32,000 nucleotides of DNA, taken from an uncultured Erysipelotrichaceae bacterium. Lineage in GTDB: Bacteria > Bacillota_I > Bacilli_A > Erysipelotrichales > Erysipelotrichaceae. The stretch is taken from contig OW818668.1 of assembly GCA_942493105.1 (NCBI GenBank), positions 300,001-332,000 on the forward strand, written 5' to 3'. Shown here piece after piece: positions 1 through 9,002 of the stretch. The first letter of the stretch is position 1, and every line of letters starts with the position of its first letter. The notes under the pieces were generated by a model. That model ran no database searches. It worked only from the letters and a program-made list of their open reading frames with translations, and was not told where the DNA came from. A program made the position numbers and the translations under genes.

Positions 1-182
1 AAGTCATGATCGTAGATTCACACTTCGAAGATCTCATCACACACAGAGCTTCTATGGAAGATCTAAGAGCCTATGCCAAAGAAAAGAAGATGAGAATGCT
101 TAAAGATGAAGTCTCTGATTTGATTGAAACAGGAGTGACGACCGTCGAAGAAGGCTTACGCATTCTGTATTCTGTCGATTAA
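1..182 (+). CDS. 3' end of a PilB/GspE-like type II/IV secretion ATPase, truncated by the window edge
   Basis: Open frame from base 3 to TAA at 180-182, ending ...DLIETGVTTVEEGLRILYSVD*, which resembles PilB/GspE C-terminal tails. Lies 8 nt upstream of pilT. Confidence 0.5.
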   Translation, partial: VMIVDSHFEDLITHRASMEDLRAYAKEKKMRMLKDEVSDLIETGVTTVEEGLRILYSVD

Positions 183-190
183 GGGGACCC

Positions 191-1243
191 ATGCTTCAAG
201 AGATCCTAATAAAGGCACAAAAAGAGTCTTGTTCAGACATTCATATCTCAGGAAATGAGAAGGTCTTATTCAGAAAAGATGGACGTCTCCTATCCTATTC
301 AAGTGATATAATAAGTTCAGAGCAGGCTCTATCCGTAGTTCACGAATTGTTAAGTACGGAAGCCTTTGAAACCTATACAAAAGGTCATGATATCGATGCT
401 GCTTATACAGATTCAGAAATGAATCGATATCGACTCAACATCTACCGTCAGCGCGGTGTACCCGCAATAGCGATCCGTTTACTTAGAAAAACGATCCCGA
501 CGCTTGAAGAACTCAAGCTTCCTGAAGTCCTAAGTACATTGGCAATGCTTCCAAGAGGCCTCGTATTACTCACAGGTCCTACCGGAAGCGGTAAGTCCAC
601 CACCCTAGCCGCTATGATTGATCATATCAATCGTAATAGATCTGTTCACATTTTAACTCTAGAGGATCCTGTAGAATACATTCATACTCCCAAAATGGGT
701 ATGATCCATCAACGAGAGATCCATACAGACGTAACCGACTTCGCGTCAGCCTTACGTTCTGCACTTAGAGAAGACCCGGATGTGATCTTGGTAGGAGAAA
801 TGCGCGATCATGAAACGATCGCCTTGGCTCTGACTGCCGCGGAAACCGGGCACCTCGTATTGTCCACCCTACACACTACCGGGGCTGCCAGTACGATCGA
901 TCGTATTATTGATGTATTCCCACCCCACCAACAAGGGCAAATCAGAACTCAATTGGCATCATCCCTACAGGGTGTTGTCTCTCAAGATCTGGTTCCACTC
1001 GAAGGTGGCGGTCGAATTGCCGCACATGAGATCATGATCATGACTGATGCGATAGGCAATTTGATCCGCGAAAACAAAATCGTTCAGATCAACTCTGCGA
1101 TTCAAACCGGCATGCGGATGGGCATGTGCACCCTGGACGGATCCCTGGCTAACTTGATCCGAAAAAATCTGATCTCTGTGGATACAGCATTGGAGTACAC
1201 CAACAATCCTGAGGCGTTGAAACGTTTACTCCACAACTACTAA
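191..1243 (+). CDS. pilT: Type IV pilus retraction (twitching motility) ATPase PilT
   Basis: 350-aa ORF with Walker A GPTGSGKST, Asp box DVILVGEMRD and His box LVLSTLHT. Size is typical of PilT, and it sits between a PilB-like gene and a prepilin. Confidence 0.85.
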   Translation: MLQEILIKAQKESCSDIHISGNEKVLFRKDGRLLSYSSDIISSEQALSVVHELLSTEAFETYTKGHDIDAAYTDSEMNRYRLNIYRQRGVPAIAIRLLRKTIPTLEELKLPEVLSTLAMLPRGLVLLTGPTGSGKSTTLAAMIDHINRNRSVHILTLEDPVEYIHTPKMGMIHQREIHTDVTDFASALRSALREDPDVILVGEMRDHETIALALTAAETGHLVLSTLHTTGAASTIDRIIDVFPPHQQGQIRTQLASSLQGVVSQDLVPLEGGGRIAAHEIMIMTDAIGNLIRENKIVQINSAIQTGMRMGMCTLDGSLANLIRKNLISVDTALEYTNNPEALKRLLHNY

Positions 1244-1280
1244 TCCTAGAATCACAATTAAACTTCAAAAAGGAGAACAA

Positions 1281-1631
1281 ATGAAGAAATTAAACAAAAA
1301 AGGGTTTACACTTATTGAATTGATCGTCGTTATCGCTATCTTGGCTATCTTGGCTGCGATCTTGATTCCTGCGATTACTGGTTATATTACAAAGGCTGAA
1401 CAAGGCAGAGATTCTGCTAACTGCCGCTCATCCTACTCGCAAGCAGCAATGTCAGTTATGCTTGAAGCCGATCCATTAGTACCTGCTTCAGGTGCTGTAG
1501 TTAGTGGATTAACAATTACATATACTGTTGATACAACCAACAATGTTATTAATGCTGGTTTCAAATGTGTTGGTGCTACTGGTACATATACCGCTCCAGA
1601 CTTTAAACGCACTGCTACACCAGCTCCTTGA
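1281..1631 (+). CDS. Prepilin-type N-terminal cleavage/methylation domain protein (type IV pilin or pseudopilin)
   Basis: Class III signal MKKLNKKG/FTLIELIVVIAILAILAAIL (Gly-1, Phe+1, Glu+5). AGGAG RBS at 1271-1275. Two Cys in the C-terminal half. Confidence 0.85.
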   Translation: MKKLNKKGFTLIELIVVIAILAILAAILIPAITGYITKAEQGRDSANCRSSYSQAAMSVMLEADPLVPASGAVVSGLTITYTVDTTNNVINAGFKCVGATGTYTAPDFKRTATPAP

Positions 1632-1665
1632 TTATTCTTTTAGCAACTCGTACAAAAATAATATT

Positions 1666-1692
1666 AAAACGGTTCCTCAGGGCCGTTTTTTT
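1666..1692 (+). terminator. Rho-independent terminator after the pilin gene
   Basis: AAAACGG (1666-1672) pairs with CCGTTTT (1683-1689), followed by a T-run to 1692. Confidence 0.6.
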
Positions 1693-1704
1693 ATGGTCAT
1701 AATA

Positions 1705-1733
1705 AAAGGCATCAACTCATTGTTGATGCCTTT
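1705..1733. terminator. Bidirectional hairpin terminator, mainly ending the minus-strand unit
   Basis: Perfect 9-bp stem GGCATCAAC (1708-1716) / GTTGATGCC (1722-1730), flanked by AAA and TTT. Lies 5 nt beyond the TGA of the 1738-2055 gene. Confidence 0.7.
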
Positions 1734-1737
1734 GTGT

Positions 1738-2055
1738 TCATTTACCTAAGAAGAATTCTGTTTCAGTCTTTGAGGTATATGCTGCTTTTAGAATGTATAG
1801 AGCTGTGGCTAAACTACCTGTAACCATAAGTAGAATAAACCAACCTACCCGAGCTCCTAATCCCTTCTCTCTTTTAAAGATCCATAGATAGAATAGAATA
1901 AATCCTATATAGAGATCTACCATACTCATCTGACCCCATACATTGCTTAAGAGTGCTGCTCCATCTACCGCAAAGTCACCTGTCACGATTGAGAAGATGA
2001 TCATGGCTGTCATAATGATGGCACCTAACCAAGCGATTATTTTAATGTTTCTCAT
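1738..2055 (-). CDS. Small 3-TM membrane protein, DUF1475-like
   Basis: 105-aa hydrophobic ORF. The motif VWGQMSMVDLYIGFILFYLWIFKRE matches my recollection of bacterial DUF1475 proteins, which often neighbour DUF1295 genes. Confidence 0.5.
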   Translation of the reverse strand: MRNIKIIAWLGAIIMTAMIIFSIVTGDFAVDGAALLSNVWGQMSMVDLYIGFILFYLWIFKREKGLGARVGWFILLMVTGSLATALYILKAAYTSKTETEFFLGK

Positions 2056-2057
2056 GT

Positions 2058-2816
2058 TTATTTGCCTCCTTTAAACCATGGGATAAAGATACTTGTCTTC
2101 TTTGCGTATGCTTTAAAGTCTTCTCTGTCTTTGTACTTCTTTTCTAAAAGTGGTACACCTGAAACATATCTCAATAATAAAGTAATCAGTAATGCGCTAA
2201 ACAGCACCCATACTGGCGCTCCTACGCTGACTGTGAAGGTTGCCATACTCCACCACATCAATGCTTCCCCAAAGTAGTTTGGATGGCGTGTGATGGACCA
2301 TAAGCCTGTGGTAATGATTTTGCCTTTGTTGGCAGGATTCTTTCTGAAATCTGCGAGTTGTTTATCACCCATGACTTCGAAACAGAAACCAATGGCCCAA
2401 AAGACAACTGAGACATAACTTATGATACTTAAACTTGGATTGTCTAGGAAAGCTAATTGATAATACGGTTGATTGATCAGAAATAAAAGTATGGCTTGTA
2501 GGACATAAACATTTAAGAAACTGTAGAGATAAGGATGTTTGGTCCAACGTTTACGCATTTCTGTATAACGCTTATCTTCAGGTTTGTTCCAATTGCGTAA
2601 GAAGAGATAAATACTGAGTCTTAAGCCCCAGATGAGTAACATCCCAAACCCTATGAGTTTAACTGTGGTGATCTCATTGGTGAATAAAGCAGTGAGTCCA
2701 CTGACCACGAAACCCATTCCCCAGGCAATATCAACTAAGCCATGGTTATTTTTTAAGGTTCCAAATGTGAAGGCGATAAGAAAGAAAATCAATAAAGAGA
2801 TTAAAATAGGTGTCAT
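2058..2816 (-). CDS. DUF1295 / steroid 5-alpha-reductase-like polytopic membrane protein
   Basis: 252-aa multi-TM ORF with the C-terminal signature [14 protein letters not shown] typical of the DUF1295/ICMT-like superfamily. Start overlaps the upstream gene's stop by 4 nt. Confidence 0.75.
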   Translation of the reverse strand: MTPILISLLIFFLIAFTFGTLKNNHGLVDIAWGMGFVVSGLTALFTNEITTVKLIGFGMLLIWGLRLSIYLFLRNWNKPEDKRYTEMRKRWTKHPYLYSFLNVYVLQAILLFLINQPYYQLAFLDNPSLSIISYVSVVFWAIGFCFEVMGDKQLADFRKNPANKGKIITTGLWSITRHPNYFGEALMWWSMATFTVSVGAPVWVLFSALLITLLLRYVSGVPLLEKKYKDREDFKAYAKKTSIFIPWFKGGK

Positions 2817-4579
2817 TGTTTGTCCTCGACTTGTATGGCGATCGCAAAGGTCTTAGGTCCAGCACTCATCGCCACGATGGTGGATATTTCATCTATGAAT
2901 AGTGGAGCTTGGTTAAGCTTTTGTGTCAACAAGCTACCAAAACGTTCTGCTCGCTTAAGATCATTCCCATGGACGATACAGTAATTGACCAACTTTTTAT
3001 CTTTAGCCATAGCCATGACTTCTTTGATCATTCTGCGTTCTGTTTGTTTCTTACTGAATGATGCGCCTTTGGTTACCCCGTGACCTGTCTCATCGATGGT
3101 GACGATGGGCTTCATGTTGATCCATTTCCCAATCTTACCGACAATGGGTTTTAAACGGCCCATTTTGACCATATATTTCAAAGTATCGACTGAGACAAAG
3201 ATCTTGGTGTTTTCTATGGCTTTTTCGATCTTATCTTGGATGACATCTATGGGAAGACCTTGTTGAATCAACTCATAAGCTTTCATGACCAGAAGACCTT
3301 GAGCTCCAGAATTTTGTTTACTGTCGATGACGACGACCTTACCTTCATAAGCATCTGCTGCTTTCTTAAAGACTTGATGAGTTCCGCTCATCTTTGAGGA
3401 AACAGAAATAACTAAGATTTGTTCGTAGTGTTGAAACAGTTGTTTATAATAATCATCGATGCTTTTTAAGGTAGGTTGTGAAGATGAAGGATAAGCTTTG
3501 AATGAATTTATTCTTTCATAGAAGACATTTGAAGGCATGGTGATGCGATCAAGGAAAGGTGCTTCTTCGATCATGATGGTCAAAGGAAACACATGGATCC
3601 TGGCTTCATCAATGATGCCTTTTGGTAGATCCGCAATAGAATCCGTCACTAAAGCAATCTTAGAATGTGGAGTAAAATCTAAGTGTTGTAGGATCATATC
3701 ATCGGCTTTCTGCTGAATGATGGTCCCCACTGTTTTTAAGTCATCCATGACCTTTTCAGGGCTATTGGTGTGTATATGAACCTTAAGGTAGTGTTTACTT
3801 CTAACCACAAGCAATGAGTCTCCAAGAGGCTCTAAACGGTTCTTGATGTCTTGGGTGTCGGTAAGATCTGTTCGCACTAAAGCTTCTGTACAATATCTGA
3901 AATTGATCGTTTCGTTAGCATCGATGATGTGTGATTCATGGTCATGATCATCTATGGCTTCATCAATAATGAGCTTTTCTGTAGTCCATAAACCTTTCAC
4001 AAATCCTTCTAAGAAATGGACAAAACCTTTGGCTCCACTGTCTACCACATGATGTTCTTTTAAGATCTGAAGTAAATTAGGTGTATCTTTTAAAGCTTCA
4101 TACGCCTTGTTTAAAGAAGCATTGATGGTTAAATTAAAGTCGTGTGATTTCTGATATAAGGCATCGATCTCATCGACCCATAGACGCATGACAGTGATCA
4201 TTGTGCCTTCTACTGGATGACTTAGAGCTTCATAAACTTTCTTGACGGCAACTTTCAAACCATCAATAAAATCTTTATCTGATAATTCTCGATCAGGTAA
4301 GGTTTCTGAAAACCCAATGATGAATTGAGCCATGATGGCTCCTGAATTGCCTTTCGCATTTAAACTGACCGCATCGGCAATTGAATTCATGGTTTCAGTC
4401 ATGGAATCATAATGTTTACTGGATCTTAAGATGCCTTCCATCGTATAAGCCATATTGCTTCCGGTATCCCCGTCCGCAACAGGAAAAACATTCATATCAT
4501 TGAGAATCTGTTTTTGTAGGATCAAAGATTGGGCTCCGCTGATAAAGGCATTGTAGACTTGAGTAGATTTAATGGTCAT
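2813..4579 (-). CDS. DAK2 (DhaL-like) domain fused to a DegV fatty-acid-binding domain
   Basis: N-terminal half has [13 protein letters not shown] (DhaL/DAK2 Mg-nucleotide motif, as in YloV/FakA). C-terminal half has the DegV signatures [27 protein letters not shown] and [12 protein letters not shown]. Start moved to ATG 4579 (MTIKS...) because ATG 4624 lies in the loop of the phoU terminator hairpin; the start remains uncertain. Confidence 0.8.
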   Translation of the reverse strand: MTIKSTQVYNAFISGAQSLILQKQILNDMNVFPVADGDTGSNMAYTMEGILRSSKHYDSMTETMNSIADAVSLNAKGNSGAIMAQFIIGFSETLPDRELSDKDFIDGLKVAVKKVYEALSHPVEGTMITVMRLWVDEIDALYQKSHDFNLTINASLNKAYEALKDTPNLLQILKEHHVVDSGAKGFVHFLEGFVKGLWTTEKLIIDEAIDDHDHESHIIDANETINFRYCTEALVRTDLTDTQDIKNRLEPLGDSLLVVRSKHYLKVHIHTNSPEKVMDDLKTVGTIIQQKADDMILQHLDFTPHSKIALVTDSIADLPKGIIDEARIHVFPLTIMIEEAPFLDRITMPSNVFYERINSFKAYPSSSQPTLKSIDDYYKQLFQHYEQILVISVSSKMSGTHQVFKKAADAYEGKVVVIDSKQNSGAQGLLVMKAYELIQQGLPIDVIQDKIEKAIENTKIFVSVDTLKYMVKMGRLKPIVGKIGKWINMKPIVTIDETGHGVTKGASFSKKQTERRMIKEVMAMAKDKKLVNYCIVHGNDLKRAERFGSLLTQKLNQAPLFIDEISTIVAMSAGPKTFAIAIQVEDKQ

Positions 4580-4602
4580 ATGTTTATTCTTTCTGATCAT
4601 GG

Positions 4603-4641
4603 TTTTAAAAAGCAGAAAAACCATGGTTATGTTTCTCTGCT
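4603..4641 (-). terminator. Rho-independent terminator after phoU
   Basis: On the minus strand AGCAGAGAAA ... TTTTTCTGCT forms a 10-bp stem with one G-U pair, followed by TTTT. Confidence 0.6.
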
Positions 4642-4642
4642 T

Positions 4643-4651
4643 ATTATATCA
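4643..4651 (-). promoter_or_regulatory. Possible extended -10 promoter (TGATATAAT) for the DAK2-DegV gene
   Basis: The minus strand reads TGATATAAT immediately upstream of the hairpin's left arm. No good -35 element. Confidence 0.3.
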
Positions 4652-4687
4652 AATAATACTTAAGTTACTTTATGAATGCCCACACTT

Positions 4688-5332
4688 TTATCCAAAGTCA
4701 TAATGTTGGCCTCTGACTTCATAAATGACTTGTTCGCAAATGTTTTTGGTATGATCGCCTGCTCTTTCGATGTTTCTAAGCATCCCAATCGTAGGGACCA
4801 AATGGGTGATGTCTTTCTTCTGTTCAGTCAATAATTCGATGTGGCTGATCATATTCTTAAATGCTGCATCGATCTCATCATCGCGTGACGGTAACTCTAA
4901 AGCTAATTTCACATCGCGATTGATGTAGGCAATGATGGTTTCATCATAAAATTCCATGAACTTTTCACCTATCGTATCTATATATGGTAAAAGCTGTTGA
5001 TCCAAATCATCATTCTTGATGACGAAACGACCAATGGCTTTAGCATAATCACCGATTCGTTCTAAGTCTGTGGCAATTTTGATTCCAGCGATGATGATGC
5101 GTAAATCTGATGCGACCGGTGCCAATAACGACAACACCTCCACGGCCTTATCATTGATGGCTTCATTTGCATTGTTGACATACTCATCAAGTTCAACAAT
5201 GCTAAGTGCTTTTTCTTTATTACCAGTATCTAACACTTCGATTGCCATCGTAAACATACGTCTAACATTTTGACTCATTAAGAAAATATCATCTTTGAAT
5301 AACTGAATTTCTGTTTCTATTTTTACCATCAT
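4688..5332 (-). CDS. phoU: Phosphate signalling complex protein PhoU
   Basis: 214-aa ORF with duplicated PhoU repeats (ATDLERIGDYA and RNIERAGDHT), directly downstream of pstB. Confidence 0.9.
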   Translation of the reverse strand: MMVKIETEIQLFKDDIFLMSQNVRRMFTMAIEVLDTGNKEKALSIVELDEYVNNANEAINDKAVEVLSLLAPVASDLRIIIAGIKIATDLERIGDYAKAIGRFVIKNDDLDQQLLPYIDTIGEKFMEFYDETIIAYINRDVKLALELPSRDDEIDAAFKNMISHIELLTEQKKDITHLVPTIGMLRNIERAGDHTKNICEQVIYEVRGQHYDFG

Positions 5333-5338
5333 GGGCTC

Positions 5339-6094
5339 CTAACCAAACCTTCCAGTGATGTAATCTTCGGTACGTTTGTCTTGTGGGGTTGAAAATAAAG
5401 TCTTCGTTAAACCAAATTCAATGAGTTCTCCATTTAGAAAGAACCCTGTATAATCTGAAATTCGAGCGGCTTGTTGCATCGAATGCGTCACTATGATTAC
5501 AGTATATTCTTTTTTGAGCTCTTCGAGAAGTTCTTCAATCTTAGCGGTTGCGATGGGATCTAAAGCGGATGTCGGTTCATCCATCAGCAGGACTTCAGGT
5601 TTGGTGGCTAAAGTACGGGCAATACATAGACGTTGCTGTTGACCACCAGATAAAGAGAAGGCAGATTGGTTGAGTTTGTGTTCGACTTCTGTAAACAGCG
5701 ATGCTTTTCTTAGTGAACTTTCAAGCAAAGCAGGCCACTCGATCTTGGGGACATCACCATGCCTTTTAACCCCATACAGAACATTCTCGGTTATTGATTT
5801 TGGGAAAGGATTGGGCTTTTGAAAGACCATACCGATCCGTTTTCTAAGTTCAACCACATCTGTGTTTTTATCTAAGATTTCCATCCCATCTAAGGTAATG
5901 CTTCCTTTGGCTGTGGCTCCATCAATAAGATCATACATCCGATTGATTGATTTGATAAAGGTTGATTTACCACACCCTGAAGGACCAATCAGAGCTGTGA
6001 TCTTATTGGCATAGATATCCATAGAAATATTCTTTAAAGCTTGGAAGTTTCCATAATAGAAGTTAAGATTTTCTACTTTGATTTTTGTTTGCAT
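5339..6094 (-). CDS. pstB: Phosphate ABC transporter ATP-binding protein PstB
   Basis: 251 aa with Walker [10 protein letters not shown], signature LSGGQQQRL and Walker [12 protein letters not shown]. Sits in pst context. Confidence 0.92.
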   Translation of the reverse strand: MQTKIKVENLNFYYGNFQALKNISMDIYANKITALIGPSGCGKSTFIKSINRMYDLIDGATAKGSITLDGMEILDKNTDVVELRKRIGMVFQKPNPFPKSITENVLYGVKRHGDVPKIEWPALLESSLRKASLFTEVEHKLNQSAFSLSGGQQQRLCIARTLATKPEVLLMDEPTSALDPIATAKIEELLEELKKEYTVIIVTHSMQQAARISDYTGFFLNGELIEFGLTKTLFSTPQDKRTEDYITGRFG

Positions 6095-6102
6095 AGTGGT
6101 TC

Positions 6103-6981
6103 CTAATCTACTCGGTTCTGAGTTTTATTACGAATGATGATGGCAGTAAGATTGGTCAACAGAAGTAGTATCAACATAACGATGATTCCAGCTGCAGCGA
6201 TTTGAGCAAAGGCTTCTTGAGGACGTGAAGTCCAGTTGTAGACCAGCATCGGCAATAAGGTATAACGATCTAGAATACTGTTAGGTAAGAAAGTCACAAA
6301 GCCTACAGCACCAACCATGATCATGGGAGCAGCTTCACCCATAGCTCTGGAAAGGGCTAAGATCGATCCAGTCATGATGCCTGGGATCGCCATCGGTAAG
6401 ACAACTCCAGTGATCGTTCTCCAGCGACTGACACCTAATGCAAGCGATCCTTCCGTAATGGATGGAGGCACCGCTTTAATCGCTTCAATTGAAGAAACAA
6501 TGATGACTGGTAGAATCAAGAGACTTAAAGTCAATGCCCCGGCTAAGATCGTAGGACCAATCTTTAGAATTTGGACAAATACGGTTAGACCTAAGATCCC
6601 ATAGACGATGGAAGGTACCCCTGCCAAATTAGCGATGTTGATGTTTAAAACTTTGAAGAACCAGGTTTTTTTATCCGCATAAACTTGCAGATAGATGGCT
6701 GTCCCTATCCCAACAGGAATAGAAATCAAAGCTGTCAATACGATGACCCATAAAGTTCCAAGCAGTGCAGGTAAGATCCCTGCTCTTTCTGGTCGACTTG
6801 AGGGCATATTGAGTATAAAATCTAAATCCAAAGAACCCAAACCTTTACTTAACACATCCATCACCAAGATCCCTAAAACCATGATGGAGATGATGATGGT
6901 CGACATGAAGATGAATTTGAAGACTTGATTAAGTAAGAGTCTTCTTTTTAATCGAGTATGATACAAAGTATTTTTCTTCAT
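6103..6981 (-). CDS. pstA: Phosphate ABC transporter permease PstA
   Basis: 292-aa six-TM permease with an EAA-type loop (ALGVSRWRT). Its ATG overlaps the pstC stop by 1 nt (TAATG). Confidence 0.88.
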   Translation of the reverse strand: MKKNTLYHTRLKRRLLLNQVFKFIFMSTIIISIMVLGILVMDVLSKGLGSLDLDFILNMPSSRPERAGILPALLGTLWVIVLTALISIPVGIGTAIYLQVYADKKTWFFKVLNINIANLAGVPSIVYGILGLTVFVQILKIGPTILAGALTLSLLILPVIIVSSIEAIKAVPPSITEGSLALGVSRWRTITGVVLPMAIPGIMTGSILALSRAMGEAAPMIMVGAVGFVTFLPNSILDRYTLLPMLVYNWTSRPQEAFAQIAAAGIIVMLILLLLTNLTAIIIRNKTQNRVD

Positions 6982-7871
6982 TAGTACACCTCACGATTCT
7001 TTTGAATAACGAACTTAGCAATGAAGTTCATAACAAGTGTGACAAGGAATAATAGGGCTCCTACCACAAACACGGTTTTAAACTCAATAGAGCCTTGTTG
7101 AATATCACCTAGAGCCATATTGACCATAAAGCCAGTCATCGTTTGTATGCTTTCTAAAGGGTTGAGCGTAAAGGTTGGAGTTTGACCAGCCGCAATCGCA
7201 ACGATCATCGTTTCACCGACAGCTCTGGAAATCGCCAACATGAATGAGGCCCCTATTCCTGAGAAAGCAGCCGGTACAATGACGTGGATCGCTACCTCTA
7301 ATTTCGTTGAACCTAAAGCATAAGCTCCTTGTCGAATGGAATCAGGAACAGCCATCATCGCATCTTCGCTTAGGGATGCAACCATCGGTAAAGTCATGAT
7401 CCCTACCGCAATCGAAGCACTCAACGCATTATAGATCGAAGTTTCAGGCAAGATAGTTCTTATGATGGGTGTAATAAAGGTCAACGCAAAGAAACCATAA
7501 ACAATGGATGGAATACCTGCCAAGAGTTCTAAGATTGGTTTAATGACCTTGCGTGCCTTCTTAGAGGCAAATTCACTAAGATAGATGGCGCTGCCTAAAC
7601 CTAAAGGCAAGGAAATAAAACTTGATAAGATCGCAATCAGAAAGGTTCCTGATAATAAAGGCAAGACCCCAAAGGATGGCGGATCAAAGACAGGCGCCCA
7701 TCTTAAGGTCGTAAAGAATTCTTTAAACGAAACTACAGTGAAGAATTCATAGGACTCATAGAATAAAGTCAAGACGATGCCCAAAGTTGTTAAAATTGAA
7801 ATCGTACTCACAGCGATCAAGATCCATTCAATACTTTTTTCTTCCAACCATCTTTTTTTCTTTTTCGTCAT
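6981..7871 (-). CDS. pstC: Phosphate ABC transporter permease PstC
   Basis: Polytopic permease with loop GAYALGSTKLE. The tracked ORF begins at a TTG (7937); ATG 7871 (MTKKKKRW...) has a GAAAGG RBS and lies downstream of the intercistronic hairpin. Confidence 0.85.
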   Translation of the reverse strand: MTKKKKRWLEEKSIEWILIAVSTISILTTLGIVLTLFYESYEFFTVVSFKEFFTTLRWAPVFDPPSFGVLPLLSGTFLIAILSSFISLPLGLGSAIYLSEFASKKARKVIKPILELLAGIPSIVYGFFALTFITPIIRTILPETSIYNALSASIAVGIMTLPMVASLSEDAMMAVPDSIRQGAYALGSTKLEVAIHVIVPAAFSGIGASFMLAISRAVGETMIVAIAAGQTPTFTLNPLESIQTMTGFMVNMALGDIQQGSIEFKTVFVVGALLFLVTLVMNFIAKFVIQKNREVY

Positions 7872-7888
7872 ACTTGCCTTTCTAAACA

Positions 7889-7919
7889 CAAGAAGGCGCC
7901 TTATAAGGCACCTGTCTTG
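7889..7919 (-). promoter_or_regulatory. Intercistronic stem-loop between pstS and pstC
   Basis: The minus strand reads CAAGA-c-AGGTGCC ttataa GGCGCCT TCTTG: 12 pairs including one G-U, one bulge, and no following U-tract. Confidence 0.55.
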
Positions 7920-7974
7920 AATTGAATCTGTGTTCAATAAAGTTGTAAGTCTATACGTGATTTTAAAGACATTT

Positions 7975-8901
7975 CTATTTCAGTAGTTTTAAATCAGCTT
8001 CATAGTCTGCATCCGGTAAGGACACATAACCAACTTCTTTAGATAACTCTTTTGCGTTTTTGATGAAGAAGGTGACATAAGACAAGACCTCAGCTCTTTT
8101 TAGCGATGCTTTATTGACATAGATGAACAACGGTCTGGATAATGGATAAGTACTGTCAGCGATCGTTGCGAAGACTGGGGTAACTGCTGCTTTAACAGGA
8201 TCTTTGGTTAAAGGCACGACTTTTAATTTGTCTGCATTTTCTTCAAAGTAAGCAAATCCAAAGTAACCAATAGCACCTTTACCACCAGCAACACCAGTAA
8301 CCAAGATATTGTCATCTTCACTAAAGGAGATTTTAACAGTTTCTGAATCTTGTCTGATGACGCCTGCTTTTCCGTTGACAGCTTCAGTGAAGAAGTCGAA
8401 GGTTCCAGATTCATGACCTGGTGAGTAGATCACGATGTTTTCTTCTGGCCAACCAGCTCTGACATCAGACCATTTGGTTGCAGTTGCATCAGCCCCAAAG
8501 ATGGCTCTGAGTTCATCGAAGGTCAAGTAATCGACCCAAGTGTTTTGTTTATTGACGACAACGGATAAACCATCATAAGCGACTTTGAGTTCTAAGTATT
8601 CGATTTTCGCTGCAGCTACAGCATCTTTTTCAGCCTGTTTGATGGGTCTGGATGCGTTAGAGATATCGATTTCACCCGATGCAAATTTGGTGAATCCACC
8701 GCCTGTTCCTGAGAAACCTACTGTGATTTCAACGTCAGGATAATCTTTGTTATAATCTTCGGTAACCAATTCTGCGATTGGATAAACTGTAGATGATCCA
8801 TCAATGGCGATAGATCCTTTTAAACTCGTTTTTGGACTTGCACAAGCGGCTAAGCCAAGTGCGATCATAAGTGTACTGATCAGGATTTTATTTAACTTCA
8901 T
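7975..8901 (-). CDS. pstS: Phosphate-binding lipoprotein PstS
   Basis: 308 aa with a signal peptide and lipobox LGLAAC, plus the PBP-like motifs DGSSTVYP and SGTGGG. AGGAGG RBS at 8907-8912. Confidence 0.9.
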   Translation of the reverse strand: MKLNKILISTLMIALGLAACASPKTSLKGSIAIDGSSTVYPIAELVTEDYNKDYPDVEITVGFSGTGGGFTKFASGEIDISNASRPIKQAEKDAVAAAKIEYLELKVAYDGLSVVVNKQNTWVDYLTFDELRAIFGADATATKWSDVRAGWPEENIVIYSPGHESGTFDFFTEAVNGKAGVIRQDSETVKISFSEDDNILVTGVAGGKGAIGYFGFAYFEENADKLKVVPLTKDPVKAAVTPVFATIADSTYPLSRPLFIYVNKASLKRAEVLSYVTFFIKNAKELSKEVGYVSLPDADYEADLKLLK

Positions 8902-8935
8902 CTGTTCCTCCTGGAATTTGTTTTTCCTTGATCAT

Positions 8936-8989
8936 AGTATAGAAAAAAAGAAAACCGAATTGATTTCGGTTCAGTTAAGGTTTTGTTAA
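8936..8989 (-). promoter_or_regulatory. Putative Pho-regulated pstS promoter: -10 TATACT plus two Pho-box-like hexamers
   Basis: On the minus strand TTAACA (8989-8984), a 5-nt spacer, then TTAACT (8978-8973), giving 11-bp periodicity. TATACT at 8941-8936. No conventional -35 element. Confidence 0.35.
8941..8972 (-). terminator. Rho-independent terminator after the phoR-like gene
   Basis: On the minus strand AACCGAA atcaa TTCGGTT is followed by TTCTTTTTTTCT. Confidence 0.65.
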
Positions 8990-9002
8990 GAAAAATTTAC
9001 AT

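Noticed and set aside
1528-1749. 73-aa plus-strand ORF overlapping the pilin 3' end
   Set aside because: It runs through two terminator hairpins in an alternative frame of the pilin gene and has no RBS.
7872-7937. N-terminal extensions in the ORF track (also 12115-12171, 15758-15790, 17270-17308, 19369-19404, 27352-27396, 10888-10914, 13669-13695)
   Set aside because: The extensions start at TTG or at ATGs with no RBS. They overlap promoters, terminators or upstream genes. Internal ATGs have good Shine-Dalgarno sequences and match the expected domain N-termini.
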